Counted from the first letter of the stretch, positions 49,364-59,086 are shown. The stretch is DNA of 64,000 nucleotides from Gemmatimonas sp. (GCA_965279375.1 OZ257156.1:1248001-1312000); one strand, 5' to 3'. A program made the numbers and translations. The notes: generated by a model not told the origin, from the sequence alone.

Positions 49364-49816
49364 ATGCCTCGTGTGACGCTTCGACTCGTGTGTGGCCTCG
49401 CTGGCGTGTTCGCCGCGCCACTGCTCGCCTAGGCCCAGGCACGAGATATGGGGATGTCCTTGGGTGCGGAACTCTTCGCGCCGGCGATACGGCTGCGCCT
49501 CGAGCGGTTCCAAGTCGGGCTCGGCGTGGGCGCGCGAGGGATCACCGCAGACAGTCTGCGCGTCCCTGCGACGGCGGACAGCACCGCGCGCCTGCCCGCA
49601 TTCCGTCGCGCCCGCTCCCCGTACGACACGCCGTCCGTATCCGGGAGCGATGCGCCGACACTCATCGAGTGTCCGATGCCCATCGCCGCGCGGAGTCGAG
49701 GCGAGACGGCGGCGATGCCGGTATGGCGTGCGGACAGTCTCGTCGAACGCCGCAGCGTGCCGTCCGCCCAAGTGCGTGCGTGTACGAACGCACTCGGCCC
49801 AGCTCCCACGCGCTAA
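49364..49816 (+). pseudogene. Secreted protein gene with in-frame TAG at end of signal peptide
   Basis: MPRVTLRLVCGLAGVFAAPLLA*AQ; TAG at 49430; frame continues to 49816. Confidence 0.55.
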
Positions 49817-49833
49817 GGGAGCGGCGCGCCGCC

Positions 49834-49944
49834 ATCTAACCGTGCGTTGCGCTTGACAGGGCCGTTAGAGATGGCGGCCTGTTCGCTTGCGCTCACTGGC
49901 CGCAATTCATGGAAGGGCCCTGCAAGCGAACGCGCTCGTTAGCT
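49834..49944 (+). repeat. attC site (family A)
   Basis: ATCTAAC...GTTAGCT. Confidence 0.93.
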
Positions 49945-49970
49945 ATCACATCACCTTTCAGGCTTCGCCA

Positions 49971-50681
49971 GTGTTACCCTCAGCGATCGAGACTGCATTT
50001 CAGCAGGATGGCTACGTCATCACACCGGATGCGGTCGCGCCGGGTGACGTCGATGCGCTGCTCGAGGCGATCGGGCCGATGGCGGCTGCGCGTGAAAGCG
50101 CACGCGGTGGTGTCCGCCACCTGCTGCGCGACGCGCCGGCCGTTCAAGCACTTGCCCGCCATGCGACCGTCCGCGCGATCGCGGAAGCGGCCGTCGGACC
50201 CGGCGCGATCGCCGTTCGCGGCATCCTCTTCGATAAGACGCCTAGCGCCAACTGGAAGGTCATCTGGCATCAGGACCTGACCATCGCCACTCAGGCCCGC
50301 GGAGACGTTGACGGGTTCGGGCCGTGGAGCGAGAAGGAAGGAATACCCCACGTCCAGCCGCCTGCGGCCCTCCTCCGGGAGATGGTCGCAGTGCGCGTTC
50401 ATCTCGACGACTGCACGATCGAGAACGGGCCCGTCCGTGTCATTCCAAGGTCACATCGTCACGGTCGGCTCACGGCGGCCGAAACTGATCAGATCAGGAC
50501 CGAGGGACCCGAGGTCGTCTGCACGGTTCCGCGCGGTGGGATTCTCGCCTTCCACTCACTCTTGCTCCATGCCTCCTCCCAGGCGCTGGTCCCTCACCAT
50601 CGGCGAGTGATCCATTTGGAGTATGTCGCCCGCCGTTGGGCGAATCTGCCGGGCGGCCTCGCTTGGTACGAGCAGCACTAG
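49971..50681 (+). CDS. Phytanoyl-CoA dioxygenase (PhyH)-family Fe/2OG oxygenase, copy 1
   Basis: WHQD, NGP..VIPRSH, LLHAS. Confidence 0.9.
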   Translation: MLPSAIETAFQQDGYVITPDAVAPGDVDALLEAIGPMAAARESARGGVRHLLRDAPAVQALARHATVRAIAEAAVGPGAIAVRGILFDKTPSANWKVIWHQDLTIATQARGDVDGFGPWSEKEGIPHVQPPAALLREMVAVRVHLDDCTIENGPVRVIPRSHRHGRLTAAETDQIRTEGPEVVCTVPRGGILAFHSLLLHASSQALVPHHRRVIHLEYVARRWANLPGGLAWYEQH

Positions 50682-50711
50682 CACTTGGATGGACAGCTGG
50701 TCCCGTGTGCT

Positions 50712-50822
50712 AGCTAACCTTGCGTTGCTGCTGACAGGGCCTTCAAAGATTGCTCCCTTGCTCGCTCCGCTCGCTGGTCGCAACTTGTTGAAGGGCCCTG
50801 CAGCAGAACGCGATCGTTAGGT
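50712..50822 (+). repeat. attC site (family A)
   Basis: AGCTAAC...GTTAGGT. Confidence 0.93.
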
Positions 50823-50969
50823 GGCTCTCTCAAGCAACGAAACACAGCCAGAGTTCTCGCCAAGACGTCCGCAAAGTGCCTGGCTAAGCCTCTTGAGCTC
50901 TGCAGGAGGCACCAATCTCGGCAAGGTCAGCCTCTTGTCCTCACTCCCCCTCAGCGATCAGGAGCACGC

Positions 50970-51509
50970 TTGGATATCGCATTCGGTACGCGTGATGAGA
51001 TTCGACAGACCGTGGCGACTGGAATCGCAGCGGAGTACGATCGCGTCGAGTCGGTGTGGCGAGCGCTGGAATCGAAGGCCCAGGGTACGATCGCCGTGGC
51101 AGGAGTCTTCGCCGGCTTCGCACTGAACTTCTCCAAGGACATTCCAAAACTTGTTCATCCGGCAGTCAAGCTCACCACTATCGCTACGGTTATCCTCATT
51201 GCCTTAAGCATCTTGTACTCCGCTCTCGCGCTTCGTGTCCGTGGAATGGCGCGTCCTCCATCGGGAATGTATCTCCGCAAGCTCGCTGAGGATTTCGCGC
51301 TATTGGAGTCGGAGCAAGAGCGATGTGAGTATCGACCCGTGCTTCAGAAGATGATCATAGATGAATGGAGTAAAGCTGCCTCGGAGCTCCAGGCCGCCAG
51401 CACGGCGAAGGCCGACTATATCTCGTCCTCGCAAGGACTCCTGTTGTTCGCCATCCTATCCGCTGCCATATTGGCGATGGCATCCGCAACGCTCTCGCCC
51501 ACACCGTAG
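50970..51509 (+). CDS. 3-TM membrane protein
   Basis: ESKA + TM-TM-soluble-K-TM layout; AGGAG RBS. Confidence 0.65.
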   Translation: MDIAFGTRDEIRQTVATGIAAEYDRVESVWRALESKAQGTIAVAGVFAGFALNFSKDIPKLVHPAVKLTTIATVILIALSILYSALALRVRGMARPPSGMYLRKLAEDFALLESEQERCEYRPVLQKMIIDEWSKAASELQAASTAKADYISSSQGLLLFAILSAAILAMASATLSPTP

Positions 51510-51784
51510 ACCGTCGCCCTGTAACACGGAAGGTATGTCTCATGAAATGCATTCAAAGCGGCTGTAAGAATTTGGCAGTCAGCGGAGCGTACTGCTCCGC
51601 ACATCTGCCGGCATCTGGCGAGCACACTCGCGCGAAACGAGAGCCGCTCATCGAGCGCTTCGAGAAGGAGAAGCAAGACCGCTCGGATCGCCAGAAGAAC
51701 CGTTCGGACTGGTAGCGCCTCTGGAGTGCCCGTGATCGCAGAGCTCGTGAGCGAACTGTGCGATATCATTCTGCGGGGAGAGCC

Positions 51785-51895
51785 ACCTAACCTTGCGTTG
51801 CGCTTGACAGGGCCGCGACGGATGGCGGCCTGTTCGCTGGCGCTCACTGGCCGCAATTTATGGAAGGGCCCTGCAAGCGAACGCGCTCGTTAGGT
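51785..51895 (+). repeat. attC site (family A)
   Basis: ACCTAAC...GTTAGGT. Confidence 0.93.
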
Positions 51896-51995
51896 GGCTC
51901 CACGACGGGCGCGATGGCCCCAGCCAGCGCGATGGCGCCGATCGCGCTGCCGGCGCGTTAGCGTGCCAGTGACGGCCCGCGTACATTTGCGTGCT

Positions 51996-52727
51996 ATGAC
52001 GCCACGCCGATACGGGGACGAGGAGGTGCGCGAGATTTTCCGTCTCGTGACGACCGGCGATCCGAGTGACCCGTCGCTCCCCCGCGACACGGACGGGCTG
52101 AGCCTTGAGGAGCTCCAGCGCATCGGCCAAGAGATCGGCATCGCGCCCGCGCTCGTCGCGCACGCCGCGGCGACGCTCGAGGCACGCGGGCACCCGTCAG
52201 CGGTCCGACGGGCCCTGGGGTTGCCGATCGGTCTGTCGCGCGTGGTGGCGCTGCCACGCGCACCAACGGAACGGGAGTGGGAGCAGTGGATCACGTACTG
52301 CCGGACCACGTTTGGCGTGCAGGGCGTCGCGACCGCGTCCGGCGGGCTGCGCACTTGGTCGCACGGCAACCTGCATGTCGCCGTGGAGCCGACCGCGCAG
52401 GGGGAGCAGCTCCGGCTCAGCGCGCAGAACGACGCCGCCGTCGCGCTGAACGCGCTCGGCATCTTGCTTGGCGGGATGTCGCTGCTGATGAGTGCCGTGG
52501 TCGCCGCCGCTGGCAAGCCCGACAAGGCGCTCGCGGTCCTCGGCCTGTTCGGCGGCATCGCGGTGACGGCCGTCGCGACGAATGTGCTGCGCGCGCCCCG
52601 GTGGGCGCGTGACCGTGAGCGCCAGCTGACGGCCGTGGCGACCCACGCGGTGGAAATGCTGGCGACGGGCGACGCGGCGTCGCCACCCAGCGCGAGGGGC
52701 CCCGATGACTTCGGGGTCGCCACCTAA
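51996..52727 (+). CDS. Hypothetical membrane protein
   Basis: RRYGDEEVREI, GLSLEEL..IG.EIGI; 2 TM; TAA in R''. Confidence 0.75.
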   Translation: MTPRRYGDEEVREIFRLVTTGDPSDPSLPRDTDGLSLEELQRIGQEIGIAPALVAHAAATLEARGHPSAVRRALGLPIGLSRVVALPRAPTEREWEQWITYCRTTFGVQGVATASGGLRTWSHGNLHVAVEPTAQGEQLRLSAQNDAAVALNALGILLGGMSLLMSAVVAAAGKPDKALAVLGLFGGIAVTAVATNVLRAPRWARDRERQLTAVATHAVEMLATGDAASPPSARGPDDFGVAT

Positions 52728-52832
52728 CCTTGCGTTGCGCCTGACAGGGCCGCGAAGGATGGCGGCCTGTTCGCTGGCGCTCACTGGCCGCAATTTATAG
52801 TAGGGCCCTGCAAGCGAACGCGCTCGTTAGGT
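52722..52832 (+). repeat. attC site (family A)
   Basis: ACCTAAC...GTTAGGT. Confidence 0.93.
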
Positions 52833-52860
52833 CGCAACTTCTCTCTATATGCCGCCGTGC

Positions 52861-53967
52861 CTAGCCTTCTTTTCGCTTGCCATATGCGGTGATCCATTCT
52901 AGAATCGCGGTACGATCCTTCAACTCTAGATCATACCGTGCTGCTTTGAAGGCGTGGGCTCCGGCTGTGAAATTGGACGTGGTCGCGAGCAGAGCGCCGC
53001 CGACTCGGAGATCTGTCTTCACAGCATAGAGTGAGCGTACTACCTCAATCCCCACTGGCCGATCCGCTCGCCACCGTTTGCACTCGACAATCCAAGTGCT
53101 GCGAATGCCTAGAGCATCCGTATAGGCAGCAAATATGTCGTAGCCCCCGTCCTTCGTCTGACGGGTCAGCTCCACATTCCATCCGTTCGCAAAGAGAAGA
53201 TCGCTAACCAGCCGCTCGAAGTCGCGCCAATGAATGTTTCCGAGCTTATGGGGGTGCGCTGCGAAATAGGAGAGCAGACCTCGGTTAAGGGATATCAATA
53301 CCGGCGACGATTCGACAGATGACTCGAATACTTGTTGCAATGCTCTGATTCGCGGGATCGCGGTGGCAAATGCCTCTCGCTCCTCTGCAAGAAGATCATC
53401 GCGATGCCAATAGGCGAAGGCGAAGTCGATGTAGTCCGCCACGGCCTTTTGACTGTCGTCATCGACGGCGTGAAGACCATCGGCAAATGCAAGCTCCAGC
53501 GGGCTATTTTCGGTCTCTTCCCAGCTGTAGCTGGCTATAGCGTGTGTGAATCCTACAAGCCGAGCACCAGTAAATTGCGCATCGTGAGCGCTACGCACGT
53601 CCAGCGATGCTCCGCTAAAATCTGCCTGGCTAAAGTTGCCACCGTGCATCCAAGCGCGATGAAACTCGCATCCGACAAACTTCGCTCCGCTCGCGTCCGC
53701 ACGTTGCCAGCTGCTTTTCGAGAGTTTACAGTGAGAAAAGTTGGCGCCGCGGGCGTCGGCATCTCGGAGGTCAGCAAGTACAAGGTTTGCATTTGCGAAG
53801 TCCGTTTCTCGAAGATTGGCATACCGGAGATTCGCCCTGAAGTACAGATCAAGACATCTCAAATCGGCCCCCGAAAGATCAGGTCGTGTCAACGGATTCT
53901 GACTGCGCCATTTGTTCCACTGCTCTACCCCGCGCTTTATTTCAGTTACGTGCTCATCGTTTGCCAT
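52861..53967 (-). CDS. Pentapeptide-repeat protein fused to Mrr-type restriction endonuclease; inverted
   Basis: GVEQWNKWR..PDLSGADL repeats; FE.LV, DGGYDI, IVECK. Confidence 0.9.
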   Translation of the reverse strand: MANDEHVTEIKRGVEQWNKWRSQNPLTRPDLSGADLRCLDLYFRANLRYANLRETDFANANLVLADLRDADARGANFSHCKLSKSSWQRADASGAKFVGCEFHRAWMHGGNFSQADFSGASLDVRSAHDAQFTGARLVGFTHAIASYSWEETENSPLELAFADGLHAVDDDSQKAVADYIDFAFAYWHRDDLLAEEREAFATAIPRIRALQQVFESSVESSPVLISLNRGLLSYFAAHPHKLGNIHWRDFERLVSDLLFANGWNVELTRQTKDGGYDIFAAYTDALGIRSTWIVECKRWRADRPVGIEVVRSLYAVKTDLRVGGALLATTSNFTAGAHAFKAARYDLELKDRTAILEWITAYGKRKEG

Positions 53968-54146
53968 TTCGGTGGGCCTCGCGAAGGTTGGAGCAAAATG
54001 ACGCGCGCGCTTTGGCCGTACTTCTGCACCTTGCAGTACTAACGGGTACCCGAGGCTTCGGCTACGATGACACAAGTACGCCTATTCGGACAGTTCTCGC
54101 ATAGACGAGCTTGGGGAATCGCGGATCTGAACTGTCCGCGCCTGCG

Positions 54147-54242
54147 GCATAACGTGCGTTGCAGCAGACAGCGCGGCTATTGATCGAGCGCGCTCCGCGC
54201 GCTTTTTATTGAGTGCCCCGCAGCTAAACATGGGCGTTAGGT
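54147..54242 (+). repeat. attC site (short divergent outlier, 96 bp)
   Basis: GCATAAC...GTTAGGT; poor match to upstream R'. Confidence 0.75.
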
Positions 54243-54319
54243 CGCAGCACTAACCCTGTTGACTAGTCCACGCCGCAATTGTGCGTCTTTGACCAACCGT
54301 CCAACGTATCGAAAGGCCA

Positions 54320-55159
54320 ATGAGCGAACAGGCAAGAGTCTTCCTCAGCTACTCAGTCAGCGATCGCTTGTACGCCGAACTGATATTTGAAGAGCTGCAG
54401 AGCAGTAGTACCCCGGTATTCATTGATCGAGTCAATCTCGGACAAGGGGAACAGCTCTTGTCGGCGATGCGATCGCAAATCGCTGCCTCCGACTTCCTCG
54501 TACTGCTGTTATCGCCCGACGCGTTGGAATCGGCGGTGGTGCGGCGTGAGCTTGAGTATGCCCTGTCGACCGATCTTCGGCAAAGATCTATCACGGTCGT
54601 TCCGATAAAGGTGAAGCCGTGTGAAGTGCCCGCCTACATGGAGCAATGGACGGTCCTTGATGCTACGCGCGATCTCAATCGAGGGATCAAGCGCCTATCT
54701 CAACTACTCAAGGCCGCGCCGAAAGTCCAACTCGACTCTCTAAGTCCGCAGCGGTTCGAGGAGTTGGTCGGAGAACTGCTCCGTTCCTACGGATTTCGAA
54801 ATGTTGAGACGGCGCGTCCGTCGATGGACTTTGGGTACGACTTTTCGGCGCAAAGTGTTCAGCATGATCCATTTGGCCGCCCTGAAGTGGTGGAGTGGAT
54901 TATCCAAGTAAAGTCATCTCGGCTCCAAACTGACACTAGCACGCTACGTGCGTTCCTTGGGGCGCTGAGCTTGCGGAACGAGCGAGGCCTGTTCGTTACC
55001 TCTTCACAGCTGACATCGCCGGCGAAGAGCTGGCTAGACTATGCGACCAAGCCGGGCGCCCCGAGGATCAGCTTTCTCGAGGGCACTGACGTTCGACGCT
55101 TGGTAATGGCAAAACCTCGCCTCATCAAAAGTTTTTTCGGCGGCAAGGGGGCAAAGTAA
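54320..55159 (+). CDS. TIR domain fused to Mrr-type restriction endonuclease
   Basis: VFLSYS, SAVVRRELEYAL; FEELV, DFGYDF, IQVK. Confidence 0.88.
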   Translation: MSEQARVFLSYSVSDRLYAELIFEELQSSSTPVFIDRVNLGQGEQLLSAMRSQIAASDFLVLLLSPDALESAVVRRELEYALSTDLRQRSITVVPIKVKPCEVPAYMEQWTVLDATRDLNRGIKRLSQLLKAAPKVQLDSLSPQRFEELVGELLRSYGFRNVETARPSMDFGYDFSAQSVQHDPFGRPEVVEWIIQVKSSRLQTDTSTLRAFLGALSLRNERGLFVTSSQLTSPAKSWLDYATKPGAPRISFLEGTDVRRLVMAKPRLIKSFFGGKGAK

Positions 55160-55696
55160 ATGCCCACGATTGCCGATTTGCTTGGTCAGCTCGACGCGTG
55201 TCCGACAGGCACCGCGGGTTGGCGGGAGTACGAACAGGTCGCCACCAGCATCCTCACGCTCCTCTTTGTGCCGCCGCTGTCTGGTCCGACTGAACAAGCG
55301 CGCTCATTCTCGGGCATCGATCGGCGCGATGCGATCTTCGGAAACCGAAACATGACTCCAGACTCAGTCTGGGGGCAGCTTCGTATAGAGCTCGATGCAC
55401 GGATGCCTTTATTCGAGTTCAAGAACTTCGAAGATGAGGTCGGAAAGGACGAAGTGGACCAGACTAGGAACTATCTTACAAACCCCATTGGACGGTTCGC
55501 CGTAATCTGCAGCAGAAATCCTCCCTCGCATCAAGCCAAGCTGCGTCGCAACCATGCTTACACACAGGAGAAGAAGGTTATCCTGTTCGTGTCTGATGAG
55601 GACCTTCGCGAAATGCTACGCATGAAGGATGCGGGGTCAGATCCTGCCCTATTTTTAATGGATCTGGTAGAGCTATTCTACATCCAGCATGAATAG
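55160..55696 (+). CDS. PD-(D/E)xK restriction-endonuclease-like protein
   Basis: YE, RRDAIF, LFEFKN, DQ..NY; ATG abuts upstream TAA. Confidence 0.75.
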   Translation: MPTIADLLGQLDACPTGTAGWREYEQVATSILTLLFVPPLSGPTEQARSFSGIDRRDAIFGNRNMTPDSVWGQLRIELDARMPLFEFKNFEDEVGKDEVDQTRNYLTNPIGRFAVICSRNPPSHQAKLRRNHAYTQEKKVILFVSDEDLREMLRMKDAGSDPALFLMDLVELFYIQHE

Positions 55697-55715
55697 ATTC
55701 GTGTGGTAGCTTGCG

Positions 55716-55826
55716 ACCTAACCTTGCGTTGCTATTGACAGCGGCCATAAGGTGGCGCCTATTCCTCGCTGCGCTCGGCCGGCGCACCTTATTGGAGGCC
55801 GCTGCAATAGAACGCGAGCGTTAGGC
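55716..55826 (+). repeat. attC site (family A variant)
   Basis: ACCTAAC...GTTAGGC. Confidence 0.92.
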
Positions 55827-56074
55827 GGCTCGCGCATACCTTGAGCGACGCATAGCAATTGTCACTCTGCAATGCCAAGCGTTCAGCGAAGCGACGGCCA
55901 GACTACCCACGCCTTAGCGTCTCGGAGCCGGTCGCTCACAGAATGGCACCGCCATGCGTGCTTTGCGGCGATCACGCGAAGTACCTACCTTATGCCAAGA
56001 GCTCATGGTAAGCGACACCGTGCCAGCAACTGCTTCTGCCCTTTAGCGGAAGGTCTCATTGTCCCACGCGAAGA

Positions 56075-56956
56075 ATGACAATCTTTGAACAGCTAGTTGA
56101 GGCATTTAGCGGTAGCGGCGATCGGTTGATGACGACCGCAGCGATTAAGGCAGCACTCGTGGAAAGGTACGGGGCGAATCCGACGAGCATTTTCCCATCC
56201 GACTATTGCTACAATCGCTGGAATCTGGGTGCGTCGAGGCGCACCCCTATTTTCGTTCGTATCGGCTCAGCGGAGTATCGGTACGTTGGACCGGAGCATC
56301 CCTTCACCGGGCTTGTATTCTGGCGCCCCAAGGGCGCAGACGCCGATCAAGTAATCGGAGAGCGAGTCAACGGGATACTGCGACTCTTTGATGCCCCCGA
56401 CGCTTCGGTCGCCTCCGCTGAGGACGCACAGGAGGTATCGAACCCTGTAGGAGGAAGCACGCCTGCTCCACTGCCAACTCCGGCAGCGAAGGAATCCGCT
56501 CAGCGCTCTCGAAACCGTGCAGAGGCGATTCCTCTCAGTCCTGCGCAGCTAGATCGACTGTACGAGGAGTACATGGAGATTCTAGCCCTTGAGATCGGAG
56601 AGTTCGGCTGCAAGGCCACGGAGACTCGCCACCTGATTGGCAGGCTTGGAGAGTTCTACTGTGCACGTAGGACGGGCGGGCAGCTTGCGCGCCGTGTGAA
56701 CCAGGAGGGATTCGACGTCGTAGGCGAGAACGGAAAGCGGATAAGTGTGAAAACAACGGCGCAGCGTACAGGCTTCGTCTCGCTAAACTGCAAGACCGTG
56801 CATCTGGCAGACGAGCTGATGATGCTGCGATACGAAGACGGGGCGTTTGAAGTTGTGTACTTCGGTGAGATCGCCAAGGCAATCGAGGTCGCACGAGAGT
56901 GGAACGGAAGGTACGAGCTCGACATTTCGAAGGCTCAGAGGCTCGCTAAGGGCTGA
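56075..56956 (+). CDS. Two-domain protein: PSDYCYN domain + nuclease-like (DUF6998-like) domain
   Basis: IFPSDYCYNR; IGRLGE, GFDV, ISVKTT. Confidence 0.7.
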   Translation: MTIFEQLVEAFSGSGDRLMTTAAIKAALVERYGANPTSIFPSDYCYNRWNLGASRRTPIFVRIGSAEYRYVGPEHPFTGLVFWRPKGADADQVIGERVNGILRLFDAPDASVASAEDAQEVSNPVGGSTPAPLPTPAAKESAQRSRNRAEAIPLSPAQLDRLYEEYMEILALEIGEFGCKATETRHLIGRLGEFYCARRTGGQLARRVNQEGFDVVGENGKRISVKTTAQRTGFVSLNCKTVHLADELMMLRYEDGAFEVVYFGEIAKAIEVAREWNGRYELDISKAQRLAKG

Positions 56957-57026
56957 CATGGCGCGCGCTCTGACCGCCCCAACACCTCTGTCGTCCGGCT
57001 AGGTCTCCCGTCGCAGATCGATCGCC

Positions 57027-57136
57027 GCCTAACCTTGCGTTGCGGCAGACAGGGCCTTCACGGATTGCTCCCTGTTCGCTGCGCTCACTGGTCGCATCCT
57101 GTTGAAGGGCCCTGCTGCCGAACGCGATCGTTAGAC
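57027..57136 (+). repeat. attC site (family A)
   Basis: GCCTAAC...GTTAGAC. Confidence 0.93.
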
Positions 57137-57226
57137 CGCTTGGCAGGCCTCGCGCCCCTTTAGATCGTGGGGCGTCTCCGTGCCCTGAGCCGGTGGACGA
57201 TGACGGGCGCGCCGGACCGGTCGCCC

Positions 57227-57255
57227 TTGCGCCGGTGTATATACGTTTGTAGTCT
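57227..57255 (+). promoter_or_regulatory. Promoter TTGCGC-17-TAGTCT with GTATATAC palindrome
   Basis: -10 ends 6 nt before GTG of brnT. Confidence 0.55.
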
Positions 57256-57261
57256 TCGTGG

Positions 57262-57576
57262 GTGACCTTTGATTGGGATCCCGCGAAGAGCGACCAGAAC
57301 CTCGCCGAGCGTGGCTTCGACTTTGCGTTCGCTGCACTGATCTTCGCGCAGCCGTACGTGGAGTTCGATGATGCCCGTCGTGACTATGGCGAGCGGCGCC
57401 TCGTCGCGCTCGGGCGGGCCGATGGGATTCCACTCACGGTCGTCTTCACCGATCGCCTGTCCCCAACCGGGACCGTCGTCCGCCGCGTGATCAGTGCGCG
57501 GCTCAGCAACCGCAAGGAGCGTCGCCGTTATGCCGAAAGCCTCGAAGCCATCGCCCCGGAAGACGAGCGCCCGTAA
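57262..57576 (+). CDS. brnT: BrnT-family toxin
   Basis: FDWDPAK..NL..RGFDF, YGE.R, RVISAR. Confidence 0.92.
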   Translation: MTFDWDPAKSDQNLAERGFDFAFAALIFAQPYVEFDDARRDYGERRLVALGRADGIPLTVVFTDRLSPTGTVVRRVISARLSNRKERRRYAESLEAIAPEDERP

Positions 57577-57889
57577 GCGCTCGGCTGTGCCCATCGTGCC
57601 GACGCAGGGGCGCGCGGATCTTGCGCGGCTGCGTCGCACGACGGATGCCGAGATTGCGCGGACCGCGCCGGACGAGTTGCGCGATCTGCCGGACGATTTC
57701 TGGCAGGGCGCGCGGGTCGTCACGCCCGTCGCGAAGGAGGCGATCTCCATTCGCTTGGATCACGATGTGATTGCGTGGTTCCGGGCGAGTGGACCGCGGT
57801 ATCAGTCGCGCATCAACGCGGTGCTGCGCAGCTACGTCGAACAGGTGGCCGCGCCGGTTCCCACCGCGAAGCGGAAGCGGGCGGTCTAA
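57530..57889 (+). CDS. brnA: BrnA-family antitoxin
   Basis: ISIRLD.DV..WFR..G..YQSRIN.VLR. Confidence 0.92.
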   Translation: MPKASKPSPRKTSARKRSAVPIVPTQGRADLARLRRTTDAEIARTAPDELRDLPDDFWQGARVVTPVAKEAISIRLDHDVIAWFRASGPRYQSRINAVLRSYVEQVAAPVPTAKRKRAV

Positions 57890-57993
57890 CATAGCATTGC
57901 TGCAGACAGGGCCTGCACGGAGTGCGCCCCGTTCGCTGCGCTCACTGGTCGCATCCTATTGCAGGGCCCTGCTGCAGAATGCAATCGTTAGGC
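57884..57993 (+). repeat. attC site (family A)
   Basis: GTCTAAC...GTTAGGC. Confidence 0.93.
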
Positions 57994-58079
57994 GCCACTC
58001 CACCCTTCGTGGCTCCTGCTTCGAACGTAGATGCTCCGGTCGTCGTACGCGCTGCGATTTCACGCCAGCCAGAGATCCG

Positions 58080-58868
58080 ATGTCCGCTACGCCAACCGGT
58101 TCTCAGGCCGCGATCCCGGCGCCGCCCACCACGACGCGGCCGACGGGGCGCGACGCGCACTATCTGTGGACCACGCTCGCCCTCGCGCTCGCGACCTTCG
58201 GCGGCTTCTGGTTCACGTACTTCGGCCCGCGCCTTGAGGGGACGTATCCGACGACCGCGGTCGCCGTGCATGTCCACGGCTGGAGCTTCTTCGGCTGGTA
58301 TCTGCTGCTGCCGCTCCAGGCCGCGTTCATGCACACGCGGCGGGTGCAGCTGCATCGCACCCTCGGGTGGGCGAGCGTCGGGCTCGCGACCCTGATGGTC
58401 ACCACGGGGCTCCTCGTCATCGGGGTGCAAATGCAGGCGGCGGCGTCGGCGGCGGAGCCCACGTTCTTCGCGCTCTTTGGCCCGATGATCTTCGCCACGC
58501 TCCTGCTGTTCGCCGGGTTCTACGGGGCGGCGCTGCGGCTGCGGCGCAACGGGGCCTACCATAAACGCTTCATGCTGGTCGCCAGCGCCGCGGGCATGGG
58601 CGCCGCGATGTTTCGCTTGGTCGGCGCGCTGGTCGGCCAAGTCCTCTGGGCTGCGCCGGTCGGGATCCTCGCGACGAACCTGTTCCTGGTCTGGGGCATC
58701 GCCCACGATTATCGCCGCGACCAGCGCGTGCACCCGGCGTATCAGATCGGGTTCGCGGTCTGTATCGCGCTAGAAGCGGGGGCGTGGTTGCTGACGCCGA
58801 CGCCGGTCGGCGCGGCGCTCGCGCGGGCCTTGGCGTGGGTGGGGCGCATCGGCGCGGGCTGGTACTAG
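58080..58868 (+). CDS. Polytopic membrane protein, duplicate of 20996
   Basis: identical translation. Confidence 0.85.
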   Translation: MSATPTGSQAAIPAPPTTTRPTGRDAHYLWTTLALALATFGGFWFTYFGPRLEGTYPTTAVAVHVHGWSFFGWYLLLPLQAAFMHTRRVQLHRTLGWASVGLATLMVTTGLLVIGVQMQAAASAAEPTFFALFGPMIFATLLLFAGFYGAALRLRRNGAYHKRFMLVASAAGMGAAMFRLVGALVGQVLWAAPVGILATNLFLVWGIAHDYRRDQRVHPAYQIGFAVCIALEAGAWLLTPTPVGAALARALAWVGRIGAGWY

Positions 58869-58949
58869 GGTCGCGACACCGCCCGCGTGCGCCGGCCGCG
58901 CGCGGACTATCAACACCCCCGCGTGGTGGGAGCGTGTCCTAGTCGTGGC

Positions 58950-59060
58950 GCCTAACCTTGCGTTGCGCATGACAGGGCCGCGTCGGATGGCGGCCTGTTC
59001 GCTGGCGCTCACTGGCCGCAATTTATGGAAGGGCCCTGCAAGCGAACGCGCTCGTTAGCT
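58950..59060 (+). repeat. attC site (family A)
   Basis: GCCTAAC...GTTAGCT. Confidence 0.93.
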
Positions 59061-59086
59061 AGCACATCAACTTTCAGGTTTTGCGA

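Noticed and set aside
55762..55778. TCCTCGCTGCGCTCGG similarity to ColE1-type origin sequence
   Set aside because: Short match within the attC apical hairpin; no other replicon features
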